From Octopus sinensis (Eukaryota), in contig NW_021826073.1 of the NCBI RefSeq assembly GCF_006345805.1, positions 1-13,915 of the forward strand: DNA of 13,915 bases, written 5' to 3'. The position numbers were made by a program, and so were the translations under genes. Below are positions 1 through 9,763 of this stretch, in pieces. Position 1 is the first letter of the stretch, and the number at the start of each line of letters is the position of its first letter. Under the pieces are notes generated by a model that did no database searches, was not told where the DNA came from, and saw only the letters and a list, made by a program, of their open reading frames with translations.

Positions 1-160
1 CGCTGATAGATACATGAGTAAAATGTATGGCAAGCTAACAGATAAGAGTGAGTGAAAATGTTCTTGGAAGAGAGTAAATAGTGACAGAGTGATTTGAGAG
101 GAAGACTAAACTGAAAGTATGAAACAGTGTTTATGTATAAACAGACGACACTTATATAAA

Positions 161-455
161 CCCTTTCGTTACCAAACCGCCCGAATTTACCTATTCATAT
201 TTAAATGAGAATATCAGAGTAATCTCTTTAGTACATTCGTGAAAACACGTATTATACTTCGTAAACACTTCAAATACAGTTTTGTACAAAAATCGAAGTG
301 TAATTTTAATTCCGTGAATTATGGGAGATTTTTTTTCCGAAATTTGTTCTATTGTGTTTTCAAAATTTGTAATTCTGACAAAAATGGATACGAATTTCAT
401 TATATCAAGCAGCGAGTCAGAATTCGAAGGGTTTTCTACTGAAGACCTTCATAAA
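161..455 (+). mobile_element. Possible 5' fragment of a piggyBac-like DNA transposon
   Basis: TAAA|CCCTTTCG at 157-168 resembles the TTAA|CCC piggyBac terminus with one change in the TTAA. An ATG at 384 opens an acidic peptide, MDTNFIISSSESEFEGFSTEDL, like the low-complexity acidic N-termini of piggyBac-type transposases. No matching right TIR or DDE domain is present in the window. Confidence 0.3.
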
Positions 456-485
456 TCTAACTCTATGACTGACAAAAAAGAAGGA

Positions 486-877
486 TCTTATATAAGAGTG
501 AAGTTGTGTGTCTGTCTCCTACGATTTTAGATTCGTAACTACTCCCACATTTTGCGGTGCAGTTTAACCAAAAGCGGGTATCTTATAGTCGTGATTCATA
601 TCGAGCCCTTCTGGTATTAGCGCGCGTCTACGATGAGTCTACGATTTAAAAAAAATTTACCATCATATTTTTCCATTTTAATGCATTTTTTCGCTTTTAT
701 ATAAGGGAAGTAACTCTCTAAAAATATCTACGATGTGTCAACGATTTAAAAAAAAATTACCTTAACATTTTTTCAATTTTTAATGCATTTTTTTGCTATT
801 TTTTGGCTATAACTCTCTAAAAATGCTTATATAGTTATTTCCCTTACAAACCCGAGCAACGCCGGGCGATACTGCTA

Positions 878-878
<1 letters not shown>
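486..878 (+). mobile_element. Non-autonomous Helitron (rolling-circle element), apparently full length, ~393 bp
   Basis: 5' A|TC (A485, TCTTATATAAG...). 3' CTAG|T (875-878, T879). GC-rich subterminal hairpin CCCG-A-GC-AAC-GC-CGGG (851-866) ends 8 nt before the CTAG. Inserted between A and T with no TSD. These are the canonical Helitron hallmarks. Confidence 0.85.
627..824 (+). repeat. Two-copy ~100-bp tandem repeat inside the Helitron
   Basis: TCTACGATG.GTC.ACGATTTAAAAAAAA..TTACC...TTTTAATGCATTTTTT...TAACTCTCTAAAAAT starts at 627 and again at 727. Confidence 0.9.
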
Positions 879-1451
<573 letters not shown>

Positions 1452-1519
1452 AAAATACCATTGTTATTCTTTACAGAATTGTAACACTCGATACTACTTA
1501 ACAAAACCATTCGCACCGA

Positions 1520-1745
1520 CATATACATACATGCATGCATACATACATACGTACATACATACATACGTATATATATATACATACATATATGCATACATAT
1601 ATGTATATATACCTGTCCATATATCTATCTACCTAACTACTAGAGAGAGAGGGGTAGTGAAGGAGAGGGAGAGACGGAGTGAAGGAGAGAGAGAGAGGGA
1701 GTGAAGGAGAGAGAGAGTGAAGGAGAGTGAGAGGGAGAGACATGG
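1520..1745. repeat. (TACA)n/(TA)n followed by GA-rich simple repeats
   Basis: Directly visible low-complexity tandem repeats. Confidence 0.9.
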
Positions 1746-1797
1746 TTAGAGAGATAGCTAAGTAGTTAGGCAGAGAAATATATGAAAAAGTAAATTT

Positions 1798-2080
1798 TAG
1801 ATAGATAGATAGATAAGTTTCTTTATTGGCCACACAGGGCTGCACACAGATGGGACAAGTTACAAGGAAGAGCTTTTCTTTTGGGGGATGAAAAAGAGGG
1901 GGTGGCGTAGGTTTTCGATCAAGAGGGATCGTAAAAGGGAAGAAAAGAACAAAAAAAATAATAAAAAAAAATAGAATAAAAAATAAAAAGAATAAAAGAA
2001 AAAAAGAAAGGGAAAGGAACAAAAGAAAAGAGAAATGAAAAAAGAAGAAAAAGGGGAAAAAAAGGGGACGAGGAAAAAAA
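1798..2080 (-). mobile_element. Probable 3' end of a retroposon (LINE 3' UTR-like) with AATAAA and a (TATC)n tail
   Basis: The minus strand reads a pyrimidine-rich tract, then ...CTTGTAACTTGTCCCATCTGTGTGCAGCCCTGTGTGGCC-AATAAA (1822-1827)-GAAAC-(TATC)n. This is the layout of a retroelement 3' terminus. The family is not identified. Confidence 0.45.
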
Positions 2081-2172
2081 ATAGATAGATAGATATATAG
2101 ATAGATAGATAGATAGATAGATAGATTGATAGGTAGATTAATTGATTGAATGATTGATTAGTTGGTAATTAG
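2081..2172. repeat. (GATA)n microsatellite decaying into (GATT)n
   Basis: Directly visible. Confidence 0.9.
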
Positions 2173-2757
2173 ATAGCCATGAACTTCACATGATGCCAAT
2201 TAATTCCTCTAACAAAGTTAGCTATACACAGAGACTCTTCAACAGTTGATTATATATTAATTGTGGCTTTGACAAAAAATAAGAGAAAAAACCTGAACTG
2301 TAAATATGAGGAAAAAGAGAATTTCGAATTTTTAGATACAATCAAACTTTGCTTTTTTTTAAATTCATAATTGAAAACGCAGACATAGAAGTGCTCCTGG
2401 GGTTGTTCTCTGTTCTCCAGGCCCAGGACAGGGTGTGTTCATTTGGAGGCTTGGTGTATATAGTAGACAGATAACTGGGATCAAATACAAAGCGATTAAG
2501 AATTACTACAAGGCGAAATAATGCGATTGCACTCATAAGGAATTTAAGAAATCCTTAAAAATCATGTTATTTAGTTTTCCCTATCAGGTATATGCTCTAA
2601 CTGTTTCAAACTTCTTTCGATATATTTTTATATGTAAAACATTCAGACATCTCGGTATTCAACAGTATCGCTGTACATACACTCTCTAGAACATATCTAC
2701 AAGAAATATACAAATATCAAGTGTGCTTGTAAGATAGAATTAGCAAATATAAACTAC

Positions 2758-2946
2758 GGTTTCAAATTTCGACTCAAGACGAGGCCTTTCATGGGAGGTG
2801 TAAGTTGTTTGCAGCAAACGCAATGTTAAGCTGGTACGTACTTTAGCGACGCCGAAATCTCGGCGGAAATTAAACTCAGAAAGCAAAGGTGGACGAAATG
2901 CAGCTAACGATGTTGATCGGCGTGCTAACGATTCTGCCGGATCACT
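2758..2946 (-). mobile_element. Degraded tRNA-derived SINE, family C, internally deleted
   Basis: The minus strand begins ..GGCAGAATCGTTAGCACGCCG (A-box-like), has GAGTTTAATTTCCGCCGAG (B-box-like) and ends ..AAATTTGAAACC. It is colinear with 2965-3122 and 12721-12848. Confidence 0.7.
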
Positions 2947-2964
2947 AAGTTAACAACGAAGGTA

Positions 2965-3122
2965 AATATTGATATTTCACAAGGTCAGCGATTACGGGGA
3001 CAAGGTAAGCTGATTACATTGACCCAAGGGTTCAACTGGAACACATTTTAGGACCTCCAAATGGTTGATAAAATATTGTTACGCATTTTGCCGGCGTGTT
3101 ATGGTTTCGGCTAGGTCCCCGA
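2965..3122 (-). mobile_element. Second degraded family C SINE, in tandem with the first
   Basis: CACAAGGTCAGC...GGTAAGCTGATTACATTGACCC...TTCAACTGG...GCATTTTGCCGGCGTGTTA parallels 2758-2946 and 12721-12848. Confidence 0.65.
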
Positions 3123-3335
3123 CTTAACAAATCAAAATATTAACCAACAAAGTCATGCACAATTTACCAGCCACGACAGATACGCCTGATGACCCCGGAA
3201 ACCCACAACCCTTTCTCAAGTCTTCCCCAATCCCAAAGATGCGGTCCTGGCATGAAACCGTTTTTAACTGCATAATGACATTCGTATTCCTTGAATATAT
3301 ATTCAGGTCTTCCTCTTTTTAGATTTGAATCACCC

Positions 3336-3600
3336 ATATGTATACATACATATATCTATATATACAGACTTACATATATATACACATATATGTATATGCA
3401 TAAATATCTATAACTATATATGTATATATATATGTATACACATATGTGTATACATATACATATGTATACACATATGTATATATATATATACTTATATATA
3501 TATATATATATACAAAATATATATAAAAATATATATATATATATATATAATATATATATATGTATATATATTATATACATACATAATACATCCGTACGTA
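3336..3600. repeat. (TA)n/(TACA)n microsatellite block
   Basis: Directly visible. Confidence 0.9.
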
Positions 3601-3799
3601 TACTTAGGTGAAGTACGTGCTTACTTCTTAACTAGTATTTCAAACGCAACATTTCGTATTTTTATTGAGTCACACGGTATCAAACGTGCAACAATGCACA
3701 CATCAACACAACCTTTCCTCCGCACAAGTTTCAGACACTGGTTAAACAATTTCGCTACGCATTTATTCTTCATCTTAATTCTTATTGAAAAATTCGCAA

Positions 3800-3825
3800 A
3801 TATACATACGCACACACACTCATAT

Positions 3826-3858
<33 letters not shown>

Positions 3859-4306
3859 ACAGACACACACGCATACACATTCATATACACACACGCAAAT
3901 ATATATATATATATATACACATGTACCTACATATAAACGCCTTTATATATATATACATATACATATATATACATATACATACATATACATATATTCATAT
4001 ATATATATATAAATATATATAGATACATATGAATATATATGTTTGTATATATATTTATATATACATGTAACTACTCATACAGATGTATTTTTATATATAT
4101 ATATATAGTTATATACATACGCAAACATATACACACATATATACGTATATATATATACGCATGGATATTTATATAAGCTGATATATGTGTAATATATATA
4201 TATACGCATATACTTATGCATTTCTAAATACACATACATATACATGTATATTTATATGTCTGTATATATATATATATATATATACATATATATATGTTTA
4301 GGTATG

Positions 4307-4371
<65 letters not shown>

Positions 4372-4435
4372 TATATATTATATATATACATATATACGTA
4401 TGTATATAAAACACACAGGCATATATATACATATG
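3800..4435. repeat. Compound (CA)n/(TA)n microsatellite block
   Basis: Directly visible. Confidence 0.9.
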
Positions 4436-4877
4436 AAGTGAGTAAAATAGAGTTGTGTTTTGTAAGGTTTGATAAATGTATACAGGTAGAATTCGCTAAT
4501 GGATTAGAAGCAGTGGAAAGGATTTTGGATAAGATTAGGTAGAAAATGTCAGCATAAATTGAAAAGGTAGAAGAAAATTTTTAGTAAAAATTTCCTAAAA
4601 TGGAAAAGAAATTTAAACAGTTTTAAAAGAAAAAAAATATATACATATATACAAGCATTAGAGAATAAATAAATGTTAAAGATTTAATGGAGTAAAAGTG
4701 AAACAGAAAAAATAAAAAACAAAAATTAAAAGAGAGTGGGAAGTGAGAAAAATCGAGAATGAGGCAGAAAGTGAGAAAAAATGAGAACGTATTTTTAAAG
4801 GAAAGCAGAGATTGTAAGGAAATATTGAAACGCAAGATGAAAATTAAGTGATGCATAAATGAGATATTGGTAAAAGA

Positions 4878-4906
4878 ATATACACACACGTATACACAGC
4901 AAAACC

Positions 4907-4954
<48 letters not shown>

Positions 4955-5100
4955 GAGAGAGAGAGAGACATACATACGCATCTACTCTTGTACATATACG
5001 ACGACGTACATAAGTATATACTTATATTCATACATACAAACAAACATATATTCATACAAGCACATATATATATATATATAAAGATATATCTATGTGCATA
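4878..5100. repeat. Compound (CA)n-(TA)n-(GA)n microsatellite block
   Basis: Directly visible. Confidence 0.9.
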
Positions 5101-5367
5101 CTTGATATTACTACCTCCCATCGCGACATGATGTTGTTGCTAAAACAATATACAATGCTATCCTTAGTTAAGCCTGCCCAGGGGTAAACATAGATAACAA
5201 CACTGTTATTAAATACAGGCATACATATCAATCCAGGGAATACTGGCGGAACATTCCCTTAAAAAATACTATGCAGTCCAAATATAACAAGCCACATATT
5301 GTTATTTGGGACACATCAACTAGTATGAGAATTTCTTTAAATACTATCTGCTGAATTCCCGTTTCGA

Positions 5368-5480
5368 GAATATAAGGACACAGACAATGTGTCGTATAGC
5401 CAGCTAGAAATGAAGTTCCTTAGGGGCTAACAGACAGTAACACCGTCCCCTACAGGACAGCCATATTGGCAATTAAATTT
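5368..5480 (+). repeat. Old dispersed direct repeat, copy 1 (copy 2 at 6701-6788)
   Basis: GAATATAAGGA.ACAG..AATGTGTCG..ATAGCCAGCTAGAAATGA.GTT.CTT..GCTA...TTGGCAATT.AATTT is present at both positions. Confidence 0.8.
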
Positions 5481-5589
5481 TACTTTTTACAGTATGTCTC
5501 TCTCTCTGAGAGATTTAGAAATATTACGATTTCTGTTTATAGATCAGTAGCTGTGGGTCACTTTGAAATCTATATGTTCGAAACGTGAA

Positions 5590-5780
5590 ACCCGCAACGC
5601 CACCTAGCCAGAGCAGCTAAGATAGGGCTGGAGAGGAGACAACTGCCTCCTCTCCTCGCGAGGTGTGTTTGACAAAAGATGGAAGGCCGTTGTAAGAAAG
5701 GCGGGTGCAAGTGACACTGATTAATCCTCATGCGCAAAGGAAAAGGTGTAGTCGCTGGGCTTTTCAGCCAATCAAGTTTT
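5590..5780. promoter_or_regulatory. Candidate regulatory patch (GC-richer, non-repetitive within the window)
   Basis: CGCCACCTAG (5598-5607, partial CTCF-like core), perfect 9-bp stem GGAGAGGAG/CTCCTCTCC (5630-5655), palindrome CCTCGCGAGG (5654-5663), GGCGGG (~5700) and AGCCAATCA CCAAT box (5766-5774). Motif matches only. Confidence 0.25.
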
Positions 5781-5856
5781 ACACAAAAATGTCAAATTAT
5801 ATATCATTCTAAATTTTTTTAATTAAGTATCATACGAACTCATTATAACAGCAACT

Positions 5857-6241
5857 GGCGCAATGGCCCAGTGGTCAGAGCAGCGGACTCGCGGTCATAG
5901 GATCTCGGTTTCGATTCCCAGACCGGACGTTGTGAGTGTTTATTGAGCGAAAACACCAATAGCTCCACGAGGCTCCGGCAGGGGATGGTGGTGATCCCTG
6001 CTGTACTCTTTCACCACCACTTTCTCTCACTCTTACTTCCTGTTTCTGTTGTACCTGTATTTCAAAGGGCCGGCCTTGTCACTCTCTGTGTCACGCTGAA
6101 TATCCCTGAGAACTACATTAAGGATACACGTGTCTGTGGAGTGCTCAGCCACTTACACTTTAATTTCACGAGCAGGCTGTTCCGTTGATTCGGATCAACC
6201 GGAACCCTCGTCGTCGTAACCGACGGAGTGCTTCCAGTTCC
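5857..6241 (+). mobile_element. Full-length tRNA-derived SINE, family B, with TSD
   Basis: Pol III A-box TGGCCCAGTGG and B-box GGTTTCGATTCC in the head. 3' end ...GGAGTGCTTCCAGTTCC. Flanked by AACAGCAACT (5847-5856) and AACAGTAACT (6242-6251). Confidence 0.92.
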
Positions 6242-6413
6242 AACAGTAACTGTTTGCATTGTCCTGTTTTGTCCCCTCTGTCTACGAAAATAATTGTCTT
6301 AATAAAAAATTCACCTAGCCAAGGAGCTACTCTGTGTTGATGAAGGATAATAACCCTGGATCTAGTCCATAGATGTTGTTTTGTGCTGGGGCGGGGATGC
6401 TGAATATAAGGAT

Positions 6414-6700
6414 TGGAAGCACGTGTACCCTTAACGTAGTTCTCGGGGATATTCAGCGTGACACAGAGAGTGACAAGGCCGGCCCTTTGAAATACAGGTA
6501 CAACAGAAACAGGATGTAAGAGTGAGAGAAAGTTGTGGTGAAAGAGTACAGCAGGGATCACCACCATCCCCTGCCGGAGCCTCGTGGAGCTTTAGGTGTT
6601 TTTGCTCAATAAACACTCACAACGCCCGGTCTGGGAATCGAAACCGCGATCCTCCGACCGCGAGTCCGCTGCCCTAACCACTGGGCCATTGCGCCTCCAC
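6414..6700 (-). mobile_element. Family B SINE with a 98-bp internal deletion and a perfect 12-bp TSD
   Basis: About 95% identical (14 differences in ~276 bp by hand alignment) to the reverse complement of 5857-6132. Flanked by GAATATAAGGAT at 6402-6413 and 6701-6712. Confidence 0.92.
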
Positions 6701-6788
6701 GAATATAAGGATACAGGTAATGTGTCGAAATAGCCAGCTAGAAATGATGTTTCTTTGAGCTACCATATTATGTTGGCAATTGAATTTA
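6701..6788 (+). repeat. Old dispersed direct repeat, copy 2, interrupted at its left side by the family B SINE
   Basis: Similar to 5368-5480. Its first 12 bp form the SINE TSD. Confidence 0.75.
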
Positions 6789-6840
6789 TAATTCATACGG
6801 CCATATTCAGATATGAGCGTCCAGTTGTTCGATTGAGAAC

Positions 6841-7234
6841 AGACGTAACTGTGTGGCAAGTAGCTTGCTTCCCTACCACATGATTCCAGGTTCAGTCCCA
6901 CTGTTTGGCATCTTGCGCAAGTGCTTTCTACTTTAGCCTCGGACCGTCCAAAACCTTATGAGTGGATTTAATACACGGAAACTGAAAGAAGCTTGTCGGG
7001 TATATGTGTGTGTGTGTATCGTTGTGTAACTGTCTTTGTCCCCGCATAATCGCTTCACAACCGCTGTTGGTGTGTTTACGTCCCCGTAACTTAGCGGCTC
7101 GGCAAATGAGACCGATAGAATAAGTACTAGGCTTACAAATAATATATCATAGGGTCAATTTGTTCGACTAAAGGCGCTGCTCCAGCATGGACGCAGTCAA
7201 ATGACTGAAACAAGTAAATGAATAAAAGAATAAA
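6841..7234 (+). mobile_element. Full-length tRNA-derived SINE, family A
   Basis: Head with CTGTGTGG and GGTTCAGTCCC boxes, a CORE-like segment (CTTGCGCAAGTGCTTTCTAC), internal (TG)n, and 3' tail GGCGCTGCTCCAGCATGGACGCAGTCAAATGACTGAAACAAGTAAATGAATAAAAGAATAAAA. Multiple copies are present in the window. Confidence 0.92.
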
Positions 7235-7249
7235 ACTCTTCAAATTGAA

Positions 7250-7518
7250 GGTGCATAGCTTAGGGATAAGGATTTTCGGCTCACGATCGCATGGTCACGA
7301 GTTCGATTCCCGGCGGTGCGATGTATCGTTTTTTTTTTATTTTCCGTTAATCCTGTCCAGTCACATGGCAACAAATGAGTTATCACATTGTGTGACACAC
7401 TGAATCTCTCTGAGATCGATATTAAGGATACGCGTGACCTGTACGTTAATATAATGAACACACTGTTCTGTTGATCGAATCACTGAAACACTCGTCGTCC
7501 TCCTAGACAGAGTCCCAG
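7250..7518 (+). mobile_element. Old SINE with a different head and middle but the family B 3' domain
   Basis: B-box GAGTTCGATTCCC near 7300. The segment TCACATTGTGTGACACACTGAATCTCTCTGAG...TTAAGGATACGCGTG...CTGTTCTGTTGATCGAATCACTGAAACACTCGTCGTC matches 6078-6230. Confidence 0.75.
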
Positions 7519-7679
7519 ACCGTATCAAATGTGCATGCGATGTACCTGAGTATTCCATGGACATGTGTATACTTGAAGTAATTCAAAATGCAATCAACGT
7601 AGCAGCCTGCGACAATGCTGGATTTTTGAATAACAAGAAGGGTCCATTCAAAGGTTTCCTTAGAGTTTTGTCAACTTAG

Positions 7680-7799
7680 AAGCTTTATTCAGCCGAGTCT
7701 AAAGCAAAAGCATTTGCCTGAAATGCCACGCAATAGTATCGAAACCGGGAACTATTATTAAATGCAACGCAACATTCTTAACCATCAATCCACGTATGC
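7680..7799 (-). mobile_element. Highly degraded 5' half of a family A-like SINE
   Basis: TTGCCTGAAATGCCACGCAATAGTATCGAAACCGGGAAC...TTCTTAACCA...CCACG parallels the reverse complement of the family A head. Confidence 0.6.
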
Positions 7800-7817
7800 A
7801 TATATTATATACTTTCA

Positions 7818-8036
7818 TTTATTCTCTTATTCTTCCAATTGTTTCAGGCATGTGACTGCGGCGTTGCTGGAGCATTAACTTTTACTCCAACAAATCGACT
7901 CCAGGCCTCAAGTTTTTAAAGTGTGGTACTTATTCTATCGATCTCTTTTGCCAAACTGTTATGGTTACGGGGACATAAACACACCAGCACTGGTTGTCAA
8001 TCGGTGATGAGAGACAAAAACACAGACACACACACA
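7818..8036 (-). mobile_element. 3' half of a family A SINE
   Basis: TTGTTTCAGGCATGTGACTGCGGCGTTGCTGGAGCA...GTACTTATTCTATCGATCTCTTTTGCC...GTTACGGGGACATAAACACACCAGCACTGGTTGTCAA, ending in (CA)n. Confidence 0.85.
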
Positions 8037-8364
8037 TAGACTGGATACTGTCATGAAGGGATAGTGTCATCCAAGGAAATACAGATGCAATCCCTAATAT
8101 TTTGGGGGAATTAATTTCCTTAAAATAACAGGTGTATATGTAAAACCATCTGCTATAATGAATCCATAAACACATATAAAAAATCCAAGGTTGCATTTTC
8201 CCCTGTGCAGATATTATGCTCAGGGTATATGAATTTAATATTTAATTAATTTACTGAATAATAATTGAAACAGCTGTAAGGGATGATGATTGGTTTGTTA
8301 ATAATAAACAATTATTAGTTCCTCATCTCCATTTTCATCTTCTTATATATATATATAGAGAGAG

Positions 8365-8432
<68 letters not shown>

Positions 8433-8519
8433 GTAGCTAGATAGATAGAGTAGATATATGCATATATATGTATACATATATATATAAATATATAATTATG
8501 TAATTGTAATATATATGTA

Positions 8520-8680
8520 TATACGACGATCTTCGTTCAAGTTCCGTCTACTAAATCCACTCACAGGGATTTGTCACTCTGAGGTTCTAGTAGAAGACTC
8601 CTGGCCCAGTGTCATGCAGTGGGACTGAACCCAGAACCATGTGGTTAGGAAGCAGCTTTTTTCCACACAGCCACGCCAGC
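8520..8680 (-). mobile_element. 5' half (tRNA head plus CORE-like part) of a family A SINE, duplication unit 1
   Basis: TTCCGTCTACTAAATCCACTCACAGG...GCAGTGGGACTGAACCCAGAACCATGTGGTTAGGAAGC...CCACACAGCCACGCC is the reverse complement of the family A head. Confidence 0.9.
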
Positions 8681-8840
8681 ACATTTTCAAAATACATATG
8701 CATGGTGTACCTATGCAACTATACCTATGAGTATACCTATGCATAATCGAAGTAAACATGTAGAAAACATGTAGCTCAGCAGAATGAGTGATTCCAAATG
8801 CTAGCAAATAGCCAGACTGGCACTTATAATCTAAACCTAC

Positions 8841-8992
8841 ATGTTCGCCGACGTGAAGTCTTGAAGGATTTTGGTTGGAGAACAATATTTCTTCATAAGA
8901 ATAACAATATTTCCACATAAGAGTTGGCAGACGTCTTGTTGACTTACTTGGATCTCGTTTAGAAACCCTCTCTGTCTCCATTGCCAGAAAAT
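8841..8992 (-). CDS. Candidate internal coding exon, copy 1 (152 nt; 2-nt insertion relative to copy 2)
   Basis: Acceptor ttttattcctAG (8993-8994) and donor GTaggt (8839-8840) on the minus strand. Same peptide as copy 2 from METERV onward. Confidence 0.4.
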
Positions 8993-9404
8993 CTAGGAAT
9001 AAAACTATATAATAACATACATGTGTTGTTATATATGTTCATTACAGTGTTTATATACTTGCATTACAAACACACGTAAATTGATTATATACATCCATTC
9101 CATGCATATATAAATATATGCATATATTACATATGTAAACTTATTGCTTGTATAAATGTACCACACACAAACATCGGTAGCATTTTTATTCTGAAAAAGT
9201 GTAGCTTCTCATTAATTGCTTTATTTCTCACACATACACATTCTTAGTGTCCCTAATTAATTTTTAGTCAGTAATTGAGCATTTTCAAAAAATGAAGTCT
9301 TAAATCGATCTATCTAACTATCTTACTATTTATCTATGTATCTATCGCTCTCTCTCTCTCTCTCTCTTTCTCTCTTTCTCTCTCTCTTCTCTCTCTCTCC
9401 TCTC

Positions 9405-9435
<31 letters not shown>

Positions 9436-9443
9436 GAAGAGAG

Positions 9444-9514
<71 letters not shown>

Positions 9515-9599
9515 AATAGATAGATAGATAGATATATGCATATATATGTATACATATATAATATATATATATGTATATGTAATTGTACATATATATGTA

Positions 9600-9763
9600 T
9601 ATACGACGATCTTCGTTCAAGTTCCGTCTACTAAATCCACTCACAGGGATTTGGTCACTCTGAGGTTCTAGTAGAAGACTCCTGGCCCAGGTGTCATGCA
9701 GTGGGACTGAACCCAGAACCATGTGGTTAGGAAGCAAGCTTTTTTCCACACAGCCACGCCAGC
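9600..9763 (-). mobile_element. 5' half of a family A SINE, duplication unit 2
   Basis: Duplicate of 8520-8680, and closer to the other family A copies at the indel sites. Confidence 0.9.

Noticed and set aside
627-824. Repeats as a possible CRISPR-like array (also the recurring SINE motifs)
   Set aside because: There are no constant repeats with unique equal-length spacers, no cas genes, and the context is eukaryotic.
2342-2536. 64-aa minus-strand ORF in a GC-richer patch with CCTGGG/CCCAGG pairing
   Set aside because: No recognisable homology, no convincing pair of splice sites and only a short stem. It cannot be supported as an exon or RNA gene.
5857-5930. tRNA-like sequences (also ~6625-6695, 6841-6900, 7250-7310)
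   Set aside because: They have A/B boxes but no complete cloverleaf, and run directly into repeated bodies and tails. They are SINE heads, not tRNA genes.
5943-6616. Apparently paralogous ORFs (MVVIPAVLFHH...) on both strands
   Set aside because: The peptide similarity simply reflects two copies of a non-coding SINE.
8574-8981. 135-aa ORF METERV... as a standalone gene (and 9823-10068, 9342-9884)
   Set aside because: Beyond the GTAGGT donor it reads into intron-like DNA, a SINE and microsatellite, and the frames differ between the duplicate copies. Only the exon-sized part is credible.
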